From: Eledone cirrhosa
Lineage: Eukaryota
Direction: 5' to 3'
DNA length: 64,000 bases
NCBI GenBank assembly: GCA_964016885.1
Contig: OZ024757.1
Location: 3,038,001 to 3,102,000, forward strand
The translations under genes and the position numbers were made by a program. Positions within the stretch are counted from its first letter, which is position 1, and every line of letters starts with the position of its first letter. Of the stretch, positions 1 to 12,900 are shown piece after piece. The notes beneath the pieces were generated by a model, which was given only the letters and a program-made list of their open reading frames with translations, made no database searches and had not been told where the DNA came from.

Positions 1-2735
1 TCAGAGATTCTTTCATGCGACATTCTAACCACATGTCTGTAGTATCAGAGCTGTGATCTCTTAATTCAGAGATTCTTTCCTGAGACGTTCTAACCACATG
101 TCTGTAGTATCAGAGCTGTGATCTCTCAATTCAGAGATTCTTTCTTGAGACATTCTAACCACATGACCATAGTATCGGAGCTGTGATCTCTCAATTCAGA
201 GATTCCTTCCAGAGACATTCTAACCACATGTCTATAGTATCAGAGCTGTGATCTCTCCATTCAGAGATTCTTTCCTGACACATTCTAGCCACATGTCTGT
301 AGTATCAGAGCTGTGATCTCTCAATTCAGAGATTCTTTCCTGAGACATACTAACCACATGTCTGTAGTATCAGAGCTGTGATCTCTCAATTTAGAGATTC
401 TTTCCTGAGACATTCTAACCACATATCTGTAGTGTCAGATCTGTGATATCTCAAATCAGAGATTCCTTCCAGAGACATTCTAACCACATGTCTGTAGTAT
501 CAGAGCTGTGATATCCCAATTCAAAGATTCTTTCCTCAGACATTCTAACCAGATGTCTGTAGTATCAGAGCTGTGATCTCTCAATCCACAGATTCTTTCC
601 AGAGACATTCTAACCACATGAGTGTAGTATCAGAGCTGTGATCTCTCAATCCACAGATTCTTTCCAGAGACATTCTAACCACATGACTGTCGTATCAGAG
701 CTGTGATCTCTCAATTCAGAGATTCTTTCCTGACACATCCTAACCACATGTCTATAGTATCAGAGCTGTGATCTCTCCATTCAGAGATTCTTTCCTGACA
801 CATTCTAACCACATGTCTGTAGTATCAGAGCTGTGATCTCTCAATTCAGAGATTCTTTCCTGAGACATTCTAACCACATGTCTGTAGTATCAGAGCTGTG
901 ATCTCTCAATTTAGAGATTCTTTCCTGAGACATTCTAACCACATGTCTTCAATATTAGAGCTGTGATCTCTCAATCCAGAGATTCTTTCCTGAGATATTC
1001 TAACGCCATATCTATAGTATTAGAGCTGTGAACTCTCAATTCAAAATTCTTTCCAGAGATGTTCTTACCACATGTCTGTAGTATCAGAGCTGTGATCTCT
1101 CAATTCAGAGATTATTTCCTGAGACAATCTAACCACATGTCTATAGTATCAGAGCTGTGATCTCTCAATTCAGATATTCTTTCCTGAGACATTCCCGGCA
1201 CCAATCTGTAGTATCAGCGTTGTGATCTCTCAATTCAGAGATTCTTTCCTGAGACATTCTAACCACATGTCTATAGTATCAGAGCTGTGATCACTCCATT
1301 CAGAGATTCTTTCCTGACACATTCTAACCACATGTCTGTAGTATCAGATCTGTGATCTCTCAATTCAGAGATTCTTTCCTGAGACATTCTAACCACATGT
1401 CTATAGTATCAGAGCTGTGATCTCTCAATTCAGAGATTCTTTCCTGAGACATTCCCGCCAACAATCTGTAGTATCAGCGTTGTGATCTCTCAATTCAGAG
1501 ATTCTTTTCTCAGACATTCTAACCACATTTCTATAGCATCAGAGCTGTGATCTCCCAATTCAGAGATTCTTTCCTGAGACATTCTAGCCACATGTCTGTA
1601 GAATCAGAGCTGTGATCTTTCAATTTAGAGATTCTTTCCTGAGACATTCTAACCACATGTCTTCAGTATTAGAACTGTGATCTCTCAATCCAGAGATTCT
1701 TTCCTGAGACATTCTAACCACATATCTATAGTATTAGAGCTGGGATCTCTCAATTCAAAGATTCTTTCCAGAGATATTCTTACCACATGTCTGTAGTATC
1801 AGAGCTGTGATCTCTCAATTCAGAGATTCTTTCCTGAGACATTCTAACCACATGTCTGTAGTATCAGAGCTGTGATCTCTGAATTCAGAGATTCTTTCAT
1901 GCGACATTCTAACCACATGTCTGTAGTATTAGAGCTGTGATCTCTTAATTCAGAGATACTTTCCTGAGACGTTCTAACCACATGTCTGTAGTATCAGAGC
2001 TGTGATCTCTCAATTCAGAGATTCTTTCTTGAGACATTCTAACCACATGACCATAGTATCGGAGCTGTGATCTCTCAATTCAGAGATTCCTACCAGAGAC
2101 ATTCTAACCACATGTCTATAGTATCAGAGCTGTGATCTCTCCATTCAGAGATTCTTTCCTGACACATTCTAGCCACATGTCTGTAGTATCAGAGCTGTGA
2201 TCTCTCAATTCAGAGATTCTTTCCTGAGACATACTAACTACATGTCTGTAGTATCAGAGCTGTGATCTCTCAATTTAGAGATTCTTTCCTGAGACATTCT
2301 AACCACATATCTGTAGTGTCAGAGCTGTAATATCTCAAATCAGAGATGCCTTCCAGAGACATTCTAACCACATGTCTGTAGTATCAGAGCTGTGATATCC
2401 CAATTCAAAGATTCTTTCCTCAGACATTCTAACCAGATGTCTGTAGTATCAGAGCTGTGATCTCTCAATCCACAGATTCTTTGCAGAGACATTCTAACCA
2501 CATGAGTGTAGTATCAGAGCTGTGATCTCTCAATCCACAGATTCTTTCCAGAGACATTCTAACCACATGACTGTCGTATCAGAGCTGTGATCTCTCAATT
2601 CAGAGATTCTTACCTGACACATCCTAACCACATGTCTATAGTATCTGAGCTGTGATCTCTCCATTCAGAGATTCTTTCCTGACACATTCTAACCACATGT
2701 CTGTAGTATCAGAGCTGTGATCTCTCAATTCAGAG
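1..2735 (+). repeat. Higher-order block repeat: about 1-850 recurs at about 1885-2735 (offset 1884 = 29 monomers minus 1 bp)
   Basis: Shared rare variants in the same order: TTTCATGCGAC (11 and 1895), GACCATAGTATCGGAG, CTAGCCAC, CATGAGTGTAG (about 617 and 2501). Confidence 0.85.
1170..1234 (+). repeat. Representative divergent monomer type (CCCGGCACCAA ... AGCGTT); about 45 copies of this or the CCCGCCACCAA form in the window
   Basis: Consensus TAACCACATG is replaced by CCGGCACCAA or CCGCCACCAA, and AGAGCT by AGCGTT, with no length change. Examples near 1194, 1454, 2819, 6069, 19521, 33301, 50581 and 63370. Confidence 0.92.
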
Positions 2736-5700
2736 ATTCTTTCCTGAGACATTCTAACCCCATGTCTATAGTATCAGAGCTGTGATCTCTCAATTCAGAT
2801 ATTCTTTCCTAAGACATTCCCGGCACCAATCTGTAGTATCAGCGTTGTGATCTCTCAATTCAGAGATTCTTTCCTGAGACATTCTAACCACATGTCTGTA
2901 GTATCAGAGCTGTGATCTCTCAATTTAGAGATTCTTTCCTGAGACATTCTAACCACATGTCTTCAATATTAGAGCTGTGATCTCTCAATCCAGAGATTCT
3001 TTCCTGAGACATTCTAACGCCATATCTATAGTATTAGAGCTGTGAACTCTCAATTCAAAGATTCTTTCCAGAGATGTTCTTACCACATGTCTGTAGTATC
3101 AGAGCTGTGATCTCTCAATTCAGAGATTCTTTCCTGAGGCAATCTAACCACATGTCTATAGTATCTGAGCTCTGATCTCTCAATTCAGAGATTCTTTCCT
3201 GAGACATTCTAAACACATGTCTGTAGTATCAGATCTGTGATCTCTCAATTCAGAGATTCTTTCCTGAGACATTCTAACCACATGTCTGTAGTATCAGAGC
3301 TGTGATCTCTCAATCCAGAAATTATTTCTTGAGACGTTCTAACCCCATGTCTGTAGTATCAGAGCTGTGATCTCTCAATTCAGAGATTCTTTCCTGCGAC
3401 ATTCTAACCACATGTCTGTAGTATCAGAGCTGTGATCTCTTAATTCAGAGATTCTTTCCTGAGACATTCTAACCACATGTCTATAGTATCAGAGCTGTGA
3501 TCTCTCAATTCAGTGATTCTTTCCTGAGACATTCTAAGCACATGTCTATAGTATCAGTGCTGTGATCTCTCAATTCAGAAATTATTTCCTGAGACGTTCT
3601 AACCACATATGGGTAGTATCAGAGCTGTGATCTCTCAAATCCGAGATTCTTTCCTGAGACATTCTAACTACATGTCTGTAGTATCAGAGCTGTGATCTCT
3701 CAATTTAGAGATTCTTTCCTGAGACATTCTAACCACATATCTGTAGTGTCAGAGCTGTGATATCTCAATCCAGAGATTCTTTCCAGAGACATTCTAACCA
3801 GATGTCTGTAGTATCAGATCTGTGATCTCTCAATCCACAGATTCTTTCCAGAGACATTCTAACCACATGAATGTGGTATCAGAGCTGTGATCTCTCAATT
3901 CAGAGATTCTTTCCAGAGACATTCTAACCACATGTCTATAGTATCAGAGTTGTGATCTCACCATTCAGAGATTCTTTCCTGACACATACTAACCACATGT
4001 CTGTAGTATCAGAGCTCTGATCTCTCAATTCAGAGTTTCTTTCCTGAGACATTCTAAACACATGTCTATATTATCAGAGCTGTGATATCTCAATTTAGAG
4101 ATTCTTTCATGAGACATTCTAAGCACATGTCTATAGTATCAGAGCTGGGATCTCTCAATTCAGAAATTCTTTCCTGAGACGTTCTAACCACATATCGGTA
4201 GTATCAGAGCTGTGATCTCTCAAATCCGAGATTCTTTCCTGAGACATTCTAACTACATGTCTGTAGTATCAGTGCTGTGATCTCTCAATTTAGAGATTCT
4301 TTCCTGAGACATTCTAACCACATATCTGTAGTGTCAGAGCTGTGATATCTGAAACCAGAGATTCTTTCCAGAGACATTCTAACCACATGTCTGTAGTATC
4401 AGAGCTGTGATATCCCAATTCAAAGATTCTTTCCTCAGACATTCTAAACAGATGTCTGTAGTATCAGAGCTGTGATCTCTCAATCCACAGATTCTTTCCA
4501 GAGACATTCTAACCACATGACTGTGGTATCAGAGCTGTGATCTCTCAATTCAGAGATTCTTTCCTGACACATTCTAACCACATGTCTATAGTATCAGAGC
4601 TGTGATCTCTCCATTCAGAGATTCTTTCCTGACACATTCTAACCACATGTCTGTAGTATCAGAGCTGTGATCTCTCAATTCAGAGATTCTTTCCTGAGAC
4701 ATTCTTACCCCATGTCTATAGTATCAGAGCTGTGATCTTTCAATTCAGATATTCTTTCCTGAGACATTCCCGGCACCAATCAGTAGTATCAGCGTTGTGA
4801 TCTCTCAAATCAGAGATTCTTTCCTGAGACATTCTAACCACATGTCTGAAGTATCAGAGCTGTGATCTCTCAATTTAGAGATTCTTTCCTGAGACATTCT
4901 AACCACATGTCTTCAGTATTAGAGCTGTGATCTCTCAATCCAGAGATTCTTTCCTGAGACATTCTAACACCATATCTATAGTATTAGAGCTGTGATCTCT
5001 CAATTCAAAGATTCTTTCCAGAGATATTCTTACCACATGTCTGTAGTATCAGAGCTGTGATCTCTCAATTCAGAGATTCTTTCCTGAGACAGTCTAACCG
5101 CATGTCTATAGTATCAGATGTGTGATCTCTCAATTCAGAGATTCTTTCCTGAGACATTCTAACCACATGTCTGTAGTATCAGAACTGTGATCTCTCAATC
5201 CAGAGATTCTTTCTTGAGACGTTCTAACCACATGTCTGTAGTATCAGAGCTGTGATTTCTCAATTCAGAGATTCTTTCCAGAGACATTCTAACCACATGA
5301 CAATATTATCAGAGCTGTGATCTCTCAATTCAGAGATTCTTTCCAGAGACATACTAACCACATGTCTGTAGTATCAGAGCTCTGATCTCTCAATTCAGAG
5401 TTTCTTTCCTGAGACATTCTAACCACATGTCTATATTATCAGAGCTGTGATATCTCTATTCAGAGATTCGTTCCTCAGACATTCTAAGCACATGTCTATA
5501 ATATCAGAGGTGTGATCTCTCAATTCAGAAGTTCTTTCCAGAGACATTCTAACCACATATCGGTAGTATCAGAGTTGTGATCTCTCAATTCAGAGATTCT
5601 TTCCTGAGACATTCTAACTACATGTCTGTAGTATCAGAGCTGTGATCTCTCAATTTAGAGATTCTTTCCTGAGACATTCTAACCACATATCTGTAGTATC

Positions 5701-8700
5701 AGAGCTGTGATCACTCAATTCAGAGATTCTTTCCTCAGACATTCTAACCACATGTCTATAGTAGCAGAGCTGTGATCTCTCAATTCAGAGATTCTTTTCA
5801 GAGACATCCTAACCACATGTCTGTAGTATTAGAACTGTGATATCCCAATTCAGAGATTCTTTCCAGAGACATTCTAACCACATGTCTATAGTATCAGAGC
5901 TGTGATCACTCCATTCAGAGATTCTTTCCTGACACATTCCAACCACATGTCTGTAGTATCAGAGCTGTGATCTCTCAATTCAGAGATTCTTTCCTGAGAC
6001 ATTCTAAACACATGTCTATAGTATCAGAGCTGTGATCTCTCAATTCAGAGATTCTTTCCTGAGACATTCCCGCCACCAATCTGTAGTATCAGCGTTGTGA
6101 TCTCTCAATTCAGAGATTCTTTTCTCAGACATTCTAACCACATTTCTATAGCATCAGAGCTGTGATCTCCCAATTCAGAGATTCTTTCCTGAGACATTCT
6201 AACCACATGTCTGTAGTATCAGAGCTGTGATCTTTCAATTTAGAGATTCTTTCCTGAGACATTCTAACGACATGTCTTCAGTATTAGAGCTGTGATCTCT
6301 CAATCCAGAGATTCTTTCCTGAGACATTCTAACCACATATCTATAGTATTAGAGCTGTGATCTCTCAATTCAAAGATTCTTTCTAGAGATATTCTTACCA
6401 CATGTCTGTAGTATCAGAGCTGTGATCTCTCAATTCAGAGATTCTTTCCTGAGACAATCTAACCACATGTCTGTAGTATCAGAGGTGTGATCTCGCAATT
6501 TAGTGATTCATTCCTGAGACATTCTAACCACATGTCTGTAGTATCAGAGCTGTGATCTCTCAATCCAGAGATTCTTTCTTGAGACATTCTAACCACATGT
6601 CTGTAGTATCAGAACTGTGATATCCCAATTCAAAGATTCTTTCCTCAGACATTCTAACCAGATGTCTGTAGTATCAGAGCTGTGATCTCTCAATCCAGAG
6701 ATTCTTTCCAGAGACATTCTAACCACATGACTGTGGTATCAGAACTCTGATCTCTCAATTCAGAGATTCTTTCCAGAGACATTCTAACCACATGTCTATA
6801 GTATCAGAGCTGTGATCACTCCATTCAGAGATTCTTTCCTGACACATTCTAACCACATGTCTGTAGTATCAGATCTGTGATCTCTCAATTCAGAGATTCT
6901 TTCCTGAGACATTCTAACCACATGTCTATAGTATCAGAGCTGTGATCTCTCAATTCAGAGATTCTTTCCTGAGACATTCCCGCCACCAATCTGTAGTATC
7001 AGCGTTGTGATCTCTCAATTCAGAGATTCTTTTCTAAGACATTCTAACCACATTTCTATAGCATCAGAGCTGTGATCTCCCAGTTCAGAGATTCTTTCCT
7101 GAGACATTCTAACCACATGTCTGTTGTATCAGAGCTGTGATCTTTCAATTTAGAGATTCTTTCCTGAGACATTCTAACCACATGTCTTCAGTATTAGAGC
7201 TGTGATCTCTCAATCCAGAGATTCTTTCCTGAGACATTCTAACCACATATCTATAGTATTAGAGCTGGGATCTCTCAATTCAAAGATTCTTTCCAGAGAT
7301 ATTCTTACCACATGTGTGTAGTATCAGAGCTGTGATCTCTCAATTCAGAGATTCTTTCCTGAGACATTCTAAACACGAGTCTATAGTATCAGAACTGTGA
7401 TCTCTCAATTCAGAGATTCTTTCCTGAGACAATCTAACCACATGTCTGTAGTATCAGAGGTGTGATCTCTCAATTCAGAGATTCATTCCTGAGACATTCT
7501 AACCACATGTCTGTAGTATCAGAGCTGTGATCTCTCAATCCAGAGATTCTTTCTTGAGACATTCTAACCACATGTCTGTAGTATCAGAGCTGTGATCTCT
7601 GAATTCAGAGATTCTTTCCTGCGACATTCTAACCACATGTCTGTAGTATCAGAGCTGTGATCTCTTAATTCAGAGATTCTTTCCTGAGACGTTCTAACCA
7701 CATGTCTGTAGTATCAGAGCTGTGATCTCTCAATTCAGAGATTCTTTCTTGAGTCATTCTAACCACATGACCATAGTATCGGAGCTGTGATCTCTCAATT
7801 CAGAGATTCCTTCCAGAGACATTCTAACCACATGTCTATAGTATCAGAGCTGTGATCTCTCAATTCAGAGATTCTTTCCTGAGACATACTAACCACATGT
7901 CTGTAGTATCAGAGCTGTGATCTCTCAATTTAGAGATTCTTTCCTGAGACATTCTAACCACATATCTATAGTGTCAGAGCTGTGATATCTCAAATCAGAG
8001 ATTCCTTCCAGAGACATTCTAACCACATGTCTGTAGTATCAGAGCTGTGATATCCCAATTCAAAGATTCTTTCCTCAGACATTCTAACCAGATGTCTGTA
8101 GTATCAGAGCTGTGATCTCTCAATCCACAGATTCTTTCCAGAGACATTCTAACCACATGACTGTAGTATCAGAGCTGTGATCTCTCAATCCACAGATTCT
8201 TTCCAGAGACATTCTAACCACATGTCTGTAGTATCAGAGCTGTGATCTCTCAATTCAAAGATTCTTTCCTGAGACATTCTAACCCCATGTCTATAGTATC
8301 AGAGCTGTGATCTCTCAACTCAGAGATTCTTTTCTGAGACATTCTAACCACATGTCTATAGTATCAGAGCTGTGATCTCTCAATTCAGAGATTCTTTCCT
8401 GACACATCCTAACCACATGTCTATAGTATCAGAGCTGTGATCTCTCCATTCAGAGATTCTTTCCTGACACATTCTAACCACATGTCTGTAGTATCAGAGC
8501 TGCGATCTCTCAATTCAAAGATTCTTTCCTGAGACATTCTAACCCCATGTCTATAGTATCAGAGCTGTGATCTCTCAACTCAGAGATTCTTTTCTGAGAC
8601 ATTCTAACCACATGTCTATAGTATCAGAGCTGTGATCTCTCAACTCAGAGATTCTTTTCTGAGACATTCTAACCACATGTCTATAGTATCTGAGCTGTGA

Positions 8701-9949
8701 TCTCTCAATTCAGATATTCTTTCCTGATCACTCCCGGCACCAATCTGTAGTATCAGCGTTGTGATCTCTCAATTCAGAGATTCTTTCCTGAAACGTTCTA
8801 ACCACATATCGGTAGTATCAGAGTTGTGATCTCTCAATTCAGAGATTCTTTCCTGAGACATTCTAACTACATGTCTGTAGTATCAGAGCTGTGATCTCTC
8901 AATTCAGAAATTCTTTCCTGAGACGTTCTAACCACATGTCTGTAGTATCAGAGCTGTGATCTTTCAATTTAGAGATTCTTTCCTGAGACATTCTAACGAC
9001 ATGTCTTCAGTATTAGAGCTGTGATCTCTCAATCCAGAGATTCTTTCCTGAGACATTCTAACCACATATCTATAGTATTAGAGCTGTGATCTCTCAATTC
9101 AAAGATTCTTTCTAGAGATATTCTTACCACATGTCTGTAGTATCAGAGCTGTGATCTCTCAATTCAGAGATTCTTTCCTGAGACATACTAACCACATGTC
9201 TGTAGTATCAGAGCTGTGATCTCTCAATTTAGAGATTCTTTCCTGAGACATTCTAACCACATATCTATAGTGTCAGAGCTGTGATATCTCAAATCAGAGA
9301 TTCCTTCCAGAGACATTCTAACCACATGTCTGTAGTATCAGAGCTGTGATATCCCAATTCAAAGATTCTTTCCTCAGACATTCTAACCAGATGTCTGTAG
9401 TATCAGAGCTGTGATCTCTCAATCCACAGATTCTTTCCAGAGACATTCTAACCACATGACTGTAGTATCAGAGCTGTGATCTCTCAATTCAGAGATTCTT
9501 TCCTGACACATCCTAACCACATGTCTATAGTATCAGAGCTGTGATCTCTCCATTCAGAGATTCTTTCCTGACACATTCTAACCACATGTCTGTAGTATCA
9601 GAGCTGTGATCTCTCAATTCAAAGATTCTTTCCTGAGACATTCTAACCCCATGTCTATAGTATCAGAGCTGTGATCTCTCAACTCAGAGATTCTTTTCTG
9701 AGACATTCTAACCACATGTCTATAGTATCAGAGCTGTGATCTCTCAACTCAGAGATTCTTTTCTGAGACATTCTAACCACATGTCTATAGTATCTGAGCT
9801 GTGATCTCTCAATTCAGATATTCTTTCCTGATCACTCCCGGCACCAATCTGTAGTATCAGCGTTGTGATCTCTCAATTCAGAGATTCTTTCCTGAAACGT
9901 TCTAACCACATATCGGTAGTATCAGAGCTGTGATCTCTCAATTCAGAAA

Positions 9950-12900
9950 TTCTTTCCTGAGACGTTCTAACCACATATCGGTAGTATCAGAGCTGTGATC
10001 TCTCAAATCCGAGATTCTTTCCTGAGACATTCTAACTACATGTCTGTAGTATCAGAGCTGTGATCTCTCAATTTAGAGATTCTTTCCTGAGACATTCTAA
10101 CCACATATCTGTAGTGTCAGAGCTGTGATATCTCAAACCAGAGATTCTTTCCAGAAACATTCTAACCACATGTCTGTAGTATCAGAGCTGTGATATCCCA
10201 ATTCAAAGATTCTTTCCTCAGACATTCTAACCAGATGTCTGTAGTATCAGAGCTGTGATCTCTCAAGCCACAGATTCTTTCCAGAGACCTTCTATCCACA
10301 TGACTGTGGTATCAGAGCTGTCATCTCTAAATTCAGAGATTATTTCCTGACACATTCTAACCATATTTATATAGTATCAGGGCTGTGATCTCTCCATTCA
10401 GAGATTCTTTCCTGACACATTCTAACCACATGTCTGTAGTATCAGAGCTGTGATCTCTCAATTCAGAGATTCTTTCCTGAGACATTCTTACCCCATGTCT
10501 ATAGTATCAGAGCTGTGATCTCTCAATTCAGATATTCTTTCCTGAGACATTCCCGGCACCAATCAGTAGTATCAACGTTGTGATCTCTCAAATCAGAGAT
10601 TCTTTCCTGAGACATTCTAACCACATGTCTTCAGTATTAGAGCTGTGATCTCTCAATCCAGAGATTCTTTCCTGAGATATTCTAACCCCATATCTATAAT
10701 ATTAGAGCTGTGATCTCTCAATTCAAAGATTCTTTCCAGAGATATTCTTACCACATGTCTGTAGTATCAGAGCTGTGATCTCTCAATCCAGAGATTCATT
10801 CTTGAGATGTTCTAACCACATGTCTGTAGTATCAGAGCTGTGATCTCTCAATTCAGAGATTCTTTCCTGCGACATTCTAACCACATGACAATATTATCAG
10901 AGCTGTGATCTCTCAATTCAGAGATTCTTTTCAGAGACATACTAACCACATGTCTGTAGTATCAGAGCTCTGATCTCTCAATTCAGAGTTTCTTTCCTGA
11001 GACATTCTAACCACATGTCTATATTATCAGAGCTGTGATATCTCTATTCAGAGATTCGTTCCTGAGATATTCTAAGAACATGTCTATAGTATCATAGCTG
11101 TGATCTCTCAATTCAGAGATTCTTTCCTGAGACAATCTAACCTCATGTCTGTAGTATCAGAGGTGTGATCTCTGAATTCAGAGATTCATTCCTGCGACAT
11201 TCTAAACACATGTCTGTAGAATCAGAGCTGTGATCTCTTAATTCAGAGATTCTTTCCTGAGACGTTCTAACCACATGTCTATAGTATCAGAGCTCTGATC
11301 TCTCAATTCAGAGATTCTTTCTTGAGACATTCTAACCACATGACCATAGTATGGGAGCTGTGATCTCTCCATTCAGACATTCTTTCCTGACACATTCTAA
11401 CCACATGTCTGTAGTATCAGAGCTGTGATCTCTCAATTCAGAGATTCTTTCCTGAGACAATCTAACCACATGTCTGTAGTATGAGAGGTGTGATCACTCA
11501 ATTCAGAGATTCTTTCCTCAGACATTCTAACCACATGTCTGTAGTATCAGAGCTGTGATCTCTCAATCCAGAGATTCTTTCCAGAGACATTCTAACCACA
11601 TGACTGTGGTATAAGAACTCTGATCTCTCAATTCAGAGATTCTTTCCAGAGACATTCTAACCACATGTCTATAGTATCAGAGCTGTGATCTCTCAATTCA
11701 GAGATTCTTTCCTAAGACATTCCCGCCACCAATCTGTAGTATCAGCGTTGTGATCACTCAATTCAGAGATTCTTTTCTCAGACATTCTAACCACATTTCT
11801 ATAGCATCAGAGCTGTGATCTCCCAATTCAGAGATTCTTTCCTGAGACATTCTAACCACATGTCTGTAGTATCAGAGCTGTGATCTATCAATCCAGAGAT
11901 TCTTTCCTGAGACATTCTAACCACATATCTATAGTATTAGAGCTGGGATCTCTCAATTCAAAGATTCTTTCAAGAGATATTCTTACACATGTCTGTAGTA
12001 TCAGAGCTGTGATCTCTCAATTCAGAGATTCTTTCCTGAGACAATCTAACCACATGTCTGTAGTATCAGAGGTGTGATCTCTCAATTCAGAGATTCATTC
12101 CTGAGACATTCTAACCACATGTCTGTAGTATCAGAGCTGTGTTCTCTCAATCCAGAGATTCTTTCTTGAGACATTCTAACCACATGTCTGTAGTATCAGA
12201 GCTGTGATCTCTGAATTCAGAGATTCTTTCCTGCGACATTCTAACCACATGTCTGTAGTATCAGAGCTGTGATCTCTCAATTCAGAGATTCTTTCTTAAG
12301 ACATTCTAACCACATGACCATAGTATCGGAGCTGTGATCTCTCAATTCAGAGATTCCTTCCAGAGACATTCTAACCACATGTCTATAGTATCAGAGCTGT
12401 GATCTCTCCATTCAGAGATTCTTTCCTGACACATTCTAGCCACATGTCTGTAGTATCAGAGCTGTGATATCTCAAATAAGAGATTCCTTCCAGAGACATT
12501 CTAACCACATGTCTGTAGTATCAGAGCTGTGATATCCCAATTCAAAGATTCTTTCCTCAGACATTCTAACCAGATGTCTGTAGTATCAGAGCTGTGATCT
12601 CTCAATCCACAGATTCTTTCCAGAGACATTCTAACCACATGACTGTAGTATCAGAGCTGTGATCTCTCAATCCACAGATTCTTTCCAGAGACATTCTAAC
12701 CACATGACTGTCGTATCAGAGCTGTGATCTCTCAATTCAGAGATTCTTTCCTGACACATCCTAACCACATGTCTATAGTATCAGAGCTGTTATCTCTCCA
12801 TTCAGAGATTCTTTCCTGACACATTCTAACCACATGTCTGTAGTATCAGAGCTGTGATCTCTCAATTCAGAGATTCTTTCCTGAGACATTCTAACCCCAT

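Noticed and set aside
875-880. E-box CACATG in most monomers as a regulatory site
   Set aside because: A 6-bp match is expected by chance in some repeats, it is frequently mutated here (CCCATG, CACATA, CAGATG), and there is no evidence of function.
11880-12077. 65-aa ORF
   Set aside because: It is three satellite monomers with a GTG start. It stays open only because substitutions remove two TGA stops and a 1-bp deletion near 11985 shifts frame. The peptide is just the repeat read in successive frames.
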